Part shown: positions 58,770 through 64,000 of the stretch, one piece after another | Numbering within the stretch: the first letter of the stretch is position 1 | Layout: every line of letters begins with the position of its first letter | Virus record (IMG/VR): IMGVR_UViG_3300034092_002263 | Length of the DNA stretch: 64,000 nucleotides | Reading direction: 5' to 3' (one strand) | Source: an uncultured virus (IMG/VR IMGVR_UViG_3300034092_002263) | Taxonomy: Duplodnaviria; Heunggongvirae; Uroviricota; Caudoviricetes | The notes under the pieces: generated by a model | The model's database searches: none | Seen by the model: the letters and a program-made list of their open reading frames with translations, nothing else | What the model was told of the DNA's origin: nothing | Translations under genes and position numbers: made by a program

Positions 58770-59519
58770 ATGATTAATACAAAGAAAATACAGACTCACG
58801 CTTTTTTGTGGTATAAAGATACACATGAATATATATTAACAAAGTTAGCGAAGGCTGGAATAACTCATTTAAATCTATCACTAGAAAGTGGGAATAAAAA
58901 TAATAAAGCTATCATCGCTAGTGCTAAAAAATTAATTCCCAATGTAAGGTATATTAAAGTTAGACCTTGTGGTAGTGATCAACTTGGTTTTTATTGTTCA
59001 GCAATCAAATATAACAAAACCAAAAAAGATTGGATATTATATTGTCACGATAAAAGCAAAACAAAGCAAAAGTGGGTAGATGGTATTTTAGATCCAATAT
59101 TACAAGATAAAATAAATGATATCATTGTAGATAATAATATTGGCATAATATCGTCTGGTCATCCAGATTATTTTAAACAATTATGGTCAGAAGAAGATTT
59201 AGTTAAACTAGATCATCAAACGTTTTTTCATGACAAAAAATGCATAGTAGAATGTAGACATACTCTAACTTGGCTCAGAGAGTTACAATACATATTATTT
59301 AGAAAACACGGCCTAATGGATAAAGAAAATCTTAATTTTAACTTTACTGCTGGAAATATGTTCTTGATAAGAAGAGATGTATTACAGGTGGCTCATTCGT
59401 GTATTCATAGTAATTTTTTCCCTAATAATTATAGGGCCGATGGAGATGTGTCACACGCCCTAGAAAGATTTTATTATTACGTATCGATTTGTATGAAATA
59501 CAAAAATGAATTTATATAG
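58770..59519 (+). CDS. RgpF (rhamnan synthesis F)-like protein
   Basis: YCHDKSK, FTAGNMFLIR and DGDVSHALERF. Confidence 0.65.
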   Translation: MINTKKIQTHAFLWYKDTHEYILTKLAKAGITHLNLSLESGNKNNKAIIASAKKLIPNVRYIKVRPCGSDQLGFYCSAIKYNKTKKDWILYCHDKSKTKQKWVDGILDPILQDKINDIIVDNNIGIISSGHPDYFKQLWSEEDLVKLDHQTFFHDKKCIVECRHTLTWLRELQYILFRKHGLMDKENLNFNFTAGNMFLIRRDVLQVAHSCIHSNFFPNNYRADGDVSHALERFYYYVSICMKYKNEFI

Positions 59520-59529
59520 GAGATTTTAA

Positions 59530-59970
59530 ATGCATAATTTTGCTATATGTTTGACTAACGATGACAATGTGGCAAACATTGTATTAAACGTCTTGTACAA
59601 AAAAATAAAACAAGAAATTCCCAAGTCAAATATATCTGTATTTGCTAGCTCACACGGTAATTTCAGTTTTGACTGTGGTATATTTTGCTTATCAGAACTG
59701 TGGTATTTTGCTGGAGAAATATTTGTTTTTGATATGGATTCAATCGAATATATTAACAATTTACATCAAGACATCAAAATAAATTTTGTGTTTTTTAATC
59801 AAAATTTAGATATCAAGAAAATGATGGAATTATTAAACGACAATATAGTCAATATTCATCTAGACAGGTCTTCATTAGACAATTTTTCAAGAATAACTGG
59901 AAGAAATTCTATAAGTCTAGATAAGTATATAGAACTATGTAAGAATATAGAGGTAAAATCAAATGAATGA
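59530..59970 (+). CDS. hypothetical protein
   Basis: AGGAG RBS. Confidence 0.6.
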   Translation: MHNFAICLTNDDNVANIVLNVLYKKIKQEIPKSNISVFASSHGNFSFDCGIFCLSELWYFAGEIFVFDMDSIEYINNLHQDIKINFVFFNQNLDIKKMMELLNDNIVNIHLDRSSLDNFSRITGRNSISLDKYIELCKNIEVKSNE

Positions 59971-60730
59971 ACAAAAAATTATCGATATGTACAAAGAGAA
60001 AAAAATGAGTACATATGAAATAGCGAAAGCTTTAAATACATATCCAAATAAAATACGAAGATTGTTGATCAAACACGGTGTCGAACTAAATGATAAAAGT
60101 ACGGCACAAAAATTAGCTTTAGAAAAAGGTATAGCCAATATTCCCACAAAAGGAAAAACTAGAACACGCGAAGAAAAACTAAAAATTAGTAGATCTTTAA
60201 AAGATAACTGGGAAAATATAGGAGATAAAGAATATGCAAAACGAGTAGAATTAGCTAAAGATAGATGGTCCAAGCTATCACAATCAGCTAAAACAAAAAT
60301 GAACGAAGCAGCAATACAAGCTATACAAAAAGCTGGCAAGGAAGGATCTAAACTAGAAAAATTTATACGTAATGAATTATCACAATATGGATATAAGGTA
60401 GAATCTCATAAAAAAAATCTTATTCCTAATTACAATCTAGAAATCGACATGTACTTTCCAGAGGTCAAGGCTATAATAGAGATAGACGGGCCTTCTCACT
60501 TTCTGCCAATTTGGGGTGAAGAAAAATTGAAGAAACAAATCAAGGCAGATGCAGATAAAACAGGTTTAATATTAAGTAGAGGGCTAGCGATCATAAGAGT
60601 AAAAAATCTTTCTGATTCTTTATCATTAGCTTCTCAAGAAAACTTAAAAACAAGATTGATAAACATACTAGATAGTATGAAGAATAATTTTCCAAAAGAG
60701 TCTGAAAGATATATTGAAATTGAAGTATGA
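59963..60730 (+). CDS. HTH + PD-(D/E)xK (DUF559/Vsr-like) endonuclease, possibly homing
   Basis: STYEIAKALNT HTH; NUMOD-like basic region; EIDMY..IEIDGPSH. Confidence 0.7.
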   Translation: MNEQKIIDMYKEKKMSTYEIAKALNTYPNKIRRLLIKHGVELNDKSTAQKLALEKGIANIPTKGKTRTREEKLKISRSLKDNWENIGDKEYAKRVELAKDRWSKLSQSAKTKMNEAAIQAIQKAGKEGSKLEKFIRNELSQYGYKVESHKKNLIPNYNLEIDMYFPEVKAIIEIDGPSHFLPIWGEEKLKKQIKADADKTGLILSRGLAIIRVKNLSDSLSLASQENLKTRLINILDSMKNNFPKESERYIEIEV

Positions 60731-60753
60731 AACATATTAAGAAAGGACTAAAC

Positions 60754-61521
60754 ATGATTGCACCAGAAGTAGAAAATTTATTTGAAGGAATGTCGGGCGT
60801 AGATTCGGTAGTAGATGTAGACACTTCTGTTAAAAATGTTATAAGGGGAGACGAGCCATCTATGCTATCTCCAGAGTGGCATGATTATGCTATGGGATTA
60901 TTTCATGAAACAGAGTTGTTAGATGGACATCCTCTTGTGAATGGTTTAAGAAGGGTAGCAGAATTGGTTTTAGGACCAATTAGATTTAGTGGGCCTACGC
61001 AAGTATTCCCAGTACAGCGTGATGATCATCACGGTAGAGCAACCGTTATTTTTACTATTGAGTTTGCAAGCGGTTTAAAGTGTGCGGAAGTGGCCGATTC
61101 TTGGGAGGGTAACACAGATGATACATTCTGTGCTTACGCTGTTGCGATTGCAAGCACTAGAGCAGAAGCTAGAGCATTACGAAAAGTACTCAAAATACGC
61201 GGCGTGGCAGCGGAAGAATTAACTAAGAAGGATACTGCAAAGATAGTACGCGAAATGTCAAATTCTAAGTCATCAAGCACTGGCGACTATGATGATCAAA
61301 GTAGGATGAGTGAAGCTCAATATAATTTCATAGATATTAAGTGTAAGCAACTTAATGTTGATGCACTAAAGTTGATGAATGAAGAATTTAAAGTAGATCC
61401 AAATAAAAAGGTGTCAAAGAAGGTAGCTAGTGATATTATAGATAGGCTGAATGATTATCAGCGTGATAAGAATAGTATTCCAGAAGCTTTACTGGGTTAC
61501 AATGTAGCGTGGAGAAACTAA
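60754..61521 (+). CDS. putative Rad52/Sak-like ssDNA annealing protein
   Basis: GLRRVA..ATV..AIASTRAEARALR; C-terminal SEAQ..ASDII motif. Confidence 0.5.
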   Translation: MIAPEVENLFEGMSGVDSVVDVDTSVKNVIRGDEPSMLSPEWHDYAMGLFHETELLDGHPLVNGLRRVAELVLGPIRFSGPTQVFPVQRDDHHGRATVIFTIEFASGLKCAEVADSWEGNTDDTFCAYAVAIASTRAEARALRKVLKIRGVAAEELTKKDTAKIVREMSNSKSSSTGDYDDQSRMSEAQYNFIDIKCKQLNVDALKLMNEEFKVDPNKKVSKKVASDIIDRLNDYQRDKNSIPEALLGYNVAWRN

Positions 61522-61853
61522 TGAAACTAACATATACTACAAAAAATGGTAGAGTAAAAGTAGAACTAGAGGGTGAATCTCAAAAGGACATTTTTGAGGC
61601 AATTAGTAAATTTCAAGAAGTGTTTGATGAAACTAATTGTGGAAAGTGTCAATCTGAAAATTTACGATTTGTTGTAAGAAACGTAGATGATAATCTATAT
61701 TACGAACTACGATGTCTAGATTGTGGTGCTAGATTATCTTTCGGTGTACACAAGAAGGGTGGCGGTTTATTTCCAAAAAGGAAAGATGGAGATAAGTGGC
61801 TACCAGATGGCGGTTGGGTAAAGTGGAACTCAAAGACAGAATCTATGGAATGA
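61521..61853 (+). CDS. zinc-finger hypothetical protein
   Basis: CGKC..CLDC; GGAG RBS. Confidence 0.65.
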   Translation: MKLTYTTKNGRVKVELEGESQKDIFEAISKFQEVFDETNCGKCQSENLRFVVRNVDDNLYYELRCLDCGARLSFGVHKKGGGLFPKRKDGDKWLPDGGWVKWNSKTESME

Positions 61854-61866
61854 AGTAGTGAATGAG

Positions 61867-61893
61867 GGGGGTAGGATTACTACCCCCTTTTTT
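61867..61893 (+). terminator. intrinsic terminator at the strand switch
   Basis: GGGGGTAG-GATTA-CTACCCCC-TTTTTT. Confidence 0.85.
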
Positions 61894-62636
61894 CATAAAT
61901 AGTCTACTGTGAAATATAATCCATATTGAGTCTTTTCGCCAATATCGTTTGGAGAAGAACTTAGTGCCACATACCAATCGTGTCTTAAAAATTCTCCAGT
62001 ACCACCTTCGTTATAATCCGTGGCAGTCAAACCCAAAGTGGTGGTTAGATAAGTTTGATAATCTCCAGTAATATCTAATGCCGTTGTATTAAGACCGCTT
62101 GGACCGGGTGAATTTGTTAATGCCATTGGTGTTGGTATACCACCAAGTGTTGGATCAAATTCTGTCCACACATTTGTATTGGAAGCTCTATGAGATAAAT
62201 TTGTAGCGGCTTGACTTGTTAGTGGATGTCTTACTTCATAAACAAATGTGGTTACTCCAACCGCATGATTATTGACAGAAGAACGGTTAAATATTATTAT
62301 TCTAGGTTGAGATGTTCTTACGGCGGTAGTATGTTCAAATCTAATATTTAATGTTGCTAGATAATTAGGCAAATTAGCCAAATTAATTGCATTCGCTCCA
62401 TTTAACTTAACGGTTGTTGTTTCATTAGCTGTATTTATGGGATATTGACAATTATTTAATTGGTGACCAATAGCAGTGCCATTACTAGTAGTAATCCACG
62501 TTGTAGATTGGGTTTCTCCAATTGGTACTGGAGCAAAAGCTTGAGAACCAAAAAATCCAATACCACTACCGGCTTGATGATTAATCAAGTCAGGTGTACC
62601 ATTTAGGACGTTTCCGTAAAACGTAATTGTTGCCAT
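61893..62636 (-). CDS. probable virion structural protein
   Basis: T/N/G-rich; GGAG RBS; GTGTATAAT upstream; HDWYVALSSSP..YFTVDYL. Confidence 0.6.
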   Translation of the reverse strand: MATITFYGNVLNGTPDLINHQAGSGIGFFGSQAFAPVPIGETQSTTWITTSNGTAIGHQLNNCQYPINTANETTTVKLNGANAINLANLPNYLATLNIRFEHTTAVRTSQPRIIIFNRSSVNNHAVGVTTFVYEVRHPLTSQAATNLSHRASNTNVWTEFDPTLGGIPTPMALTNSPGPSGLNTTALDITGDYQTYLTTTLGLTATDYNEGGTGEFLRHDWYVALSSSPNDIGEKTQYGLYFTVDYL

Positions 62637-62680
62637 ATTTTATCTCCGTTTAGAGTACTCTATAGTATTATACACAAACT

Positions 62681-64000
62681 TTATGCAATATTAACAATAA
62701 AATGGTTGGTTAATTGCGGTCCAGTAGTGTATTCTGGCTCATCGTGTAAAACAAACATAATATCATTATGTACGTGAAAATAAAGCTCATATTGACCCTT
62801 ATATTTAGCGTCTGAATTTCCAGAAATTTGTAAACTGGTAGATTTTTTACTATATATACGGTCTTGACCCTCGCCGCTAGAACTGGTTAATCTTGTTCTA
62901 TTTGATCTTGGTTTTGGTCCAGCATCCCATTCTAAGGCATCATAGCACAAACCTTCAGTAAATTTTATATATCTAGATGGGCCACCATTCTTGGGCTTAA
63001 TAATAAATTGTTTTCCAAGATTTTGTGGAAAATCAGATGGTAAAAATCCACTGCCCATATATGCATAAGTTAAGTTTTGAGTTACTACTGGATTATAAGA
63101 AATATCACCGCCAACCGGCATAGATCCTAAATGTTTAGTAATTAAATCTTGAATTCTATATAGTTTTACTATGAATCTATTTGGATTAGCCGATTTATAT
63201 TGTACTATTACTCCACCGGGTAGTTCAAATTCGTCATCTTCTGCAAAATTATCAGCCCAAGGATAAGTTTCATTAGGTATAGTGCTATCGGGCATAAGTG
63301 TCAATGTTGTCCATTTTACACCTATGACTCTTTTATGATAAAAATACCCATATTTTGTCACCAATTTGCCTCTACGACTAATATCAATATTCCATAATGG
63401 TTCTGTTCTTAATATAGTACTATGATTAATAGTTGCTCCAGCAGGAACGGTAACACCATCATTTCCATATCCAGATGCTGGCACAGTAGATAGAAATCTA
63501 AGATCTACTAAAGCTCCGGCACTAGTACTAGTAGCGTAGGCTGGAAATGAAGATAGAGTTTGATTTTGATTGGTAAAAGATTTCGTCTCACCATAAGTCG
63601 GAACTCTATAATCTACATCTGTTTTAGGTGGAAAGTAATAAATATCCTCTTGTGGTAAAGATTCCCATTCATCGCTGTATGGCCTCCTGACGGCGTTAGC
63701 GTAATTTGCAACTTTTATTTTTTCTGGACGCTCTACAGCCCTGTCATACGGACCATTAGATCCGGGAAACGTTGGATTAAAATGTAAACATGTAAAATAC
63801 TGAGGAATCCACACGGTTTGTTCTTCGGGCCAATAATCCCAAGCTTGAACGTGTATCGCCGCTGTACCAAACTGATCAATATTATCATTCCCTCTAGTAC
63901 CCCAAGTTGGGACTACGCCCTCTATTCTTCTTCCGCGATTATCTGTACTCCATCCTAAAAGCGCCCCAAGTATTGTAACTTCAATATTTCCACCACCTCC
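62681..64000 (-). CDS. 5'-truncated hypothetical protein, probably structural
   Basis: The frame of ORF 62681..63814 stays open to the window end. Confidence 0.65.
   Translation of the reverse strand, partial: GGGGNIEVTILGALLGWSTDNRGRRIEGVVPTWGTRGNDNIDQFGTAAIHVQAWDYWPEEQTVWIPQYFTCLHFNPTFPGSNGPYDRAVERPEKIKVANYANAVRRPYSDEWESLPQEDIYYFPPKTDVDYRVPTYGETKSFTNQNQTLSSFPAYATSTSAGALVDLRFLSTVPASGYGNDGVTVPAGATINHSTILRTEPLWNIDISRRGKLVTKYGYFYHKRVIGVKWTTLTLMPDSTIPNETYPWADNFAEDDEFELPGGVIVQYKSANPNRFIVKLYRIQDLITKHLGSMPVGGDISYNPVVTQNLTYAYMGSGFLPSDFPQNLGKQFIIKPKNGGPSRYIKFTEGLCYDALEWDAGPKPRSNRTRLTSSSGEGQDRIYSKKSTSLQISGNSDAKYKGQYELYFHVHNDIMFVLHDEPEYTTGPQLTNHFIVNIA

Noticed and set aside
1..64000. Alternative genetic code (stop-codon reassignment)
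   Set aside because: Conserved genes are full length in code 11, and TAA, TAG and TGA all end genes at expected positions

Overview
AT-rich, gene-dense segment of a large lytic dsDNA tailed phage, read in the standard code 11 with almost all genes on the + strand. It starts at a contig end that still carries Illumina adapter sequence. RNA genes: six tRNAs (Leu-TAA, Thr-TGT, Gln-TTG, Asn-GTT, Ser-ACT, Arg-TCT) with an antisense HNH gene inside the array, and a tmRNA. Nucleotide metabolism: thyX, guaC, dCMP deaminase, nrdA/nrdB, dut and a dNMP kinase. Replication and recombination: RecA, DnaB, DnaG, two SSB-like genes, and a DnaE split into two genes around a DnaQ-like exonuclease. Also present: rIIA/rIIB-like genes, a phage sigma factor, phoH, virion/tail-fibre-like genes, and about 15 glycan-related enzymes (GT2, GT4, GT25, sulfotransferases, methyltransferases, a nucleotidyltransferase, RgpF-like). 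Two Tat-signal DUF1501 genes suggest a Planctomycetota-type host. The most notable signals are: a possible virion glycosylation/sulfation system (many GTs plus Thr-tract and Ser-Gly-enriched virion proteins), an A34 tRNA-Ser(ACT), a short-variable-arm tRNA-Leu, an intein-free split DnaE, a DUF1501 gene wedged into nrdAB, a PAS-domain membrane protein in a putative lysis block, and two promoter classes. All calls come from reading motifs by eye; no database search was run.
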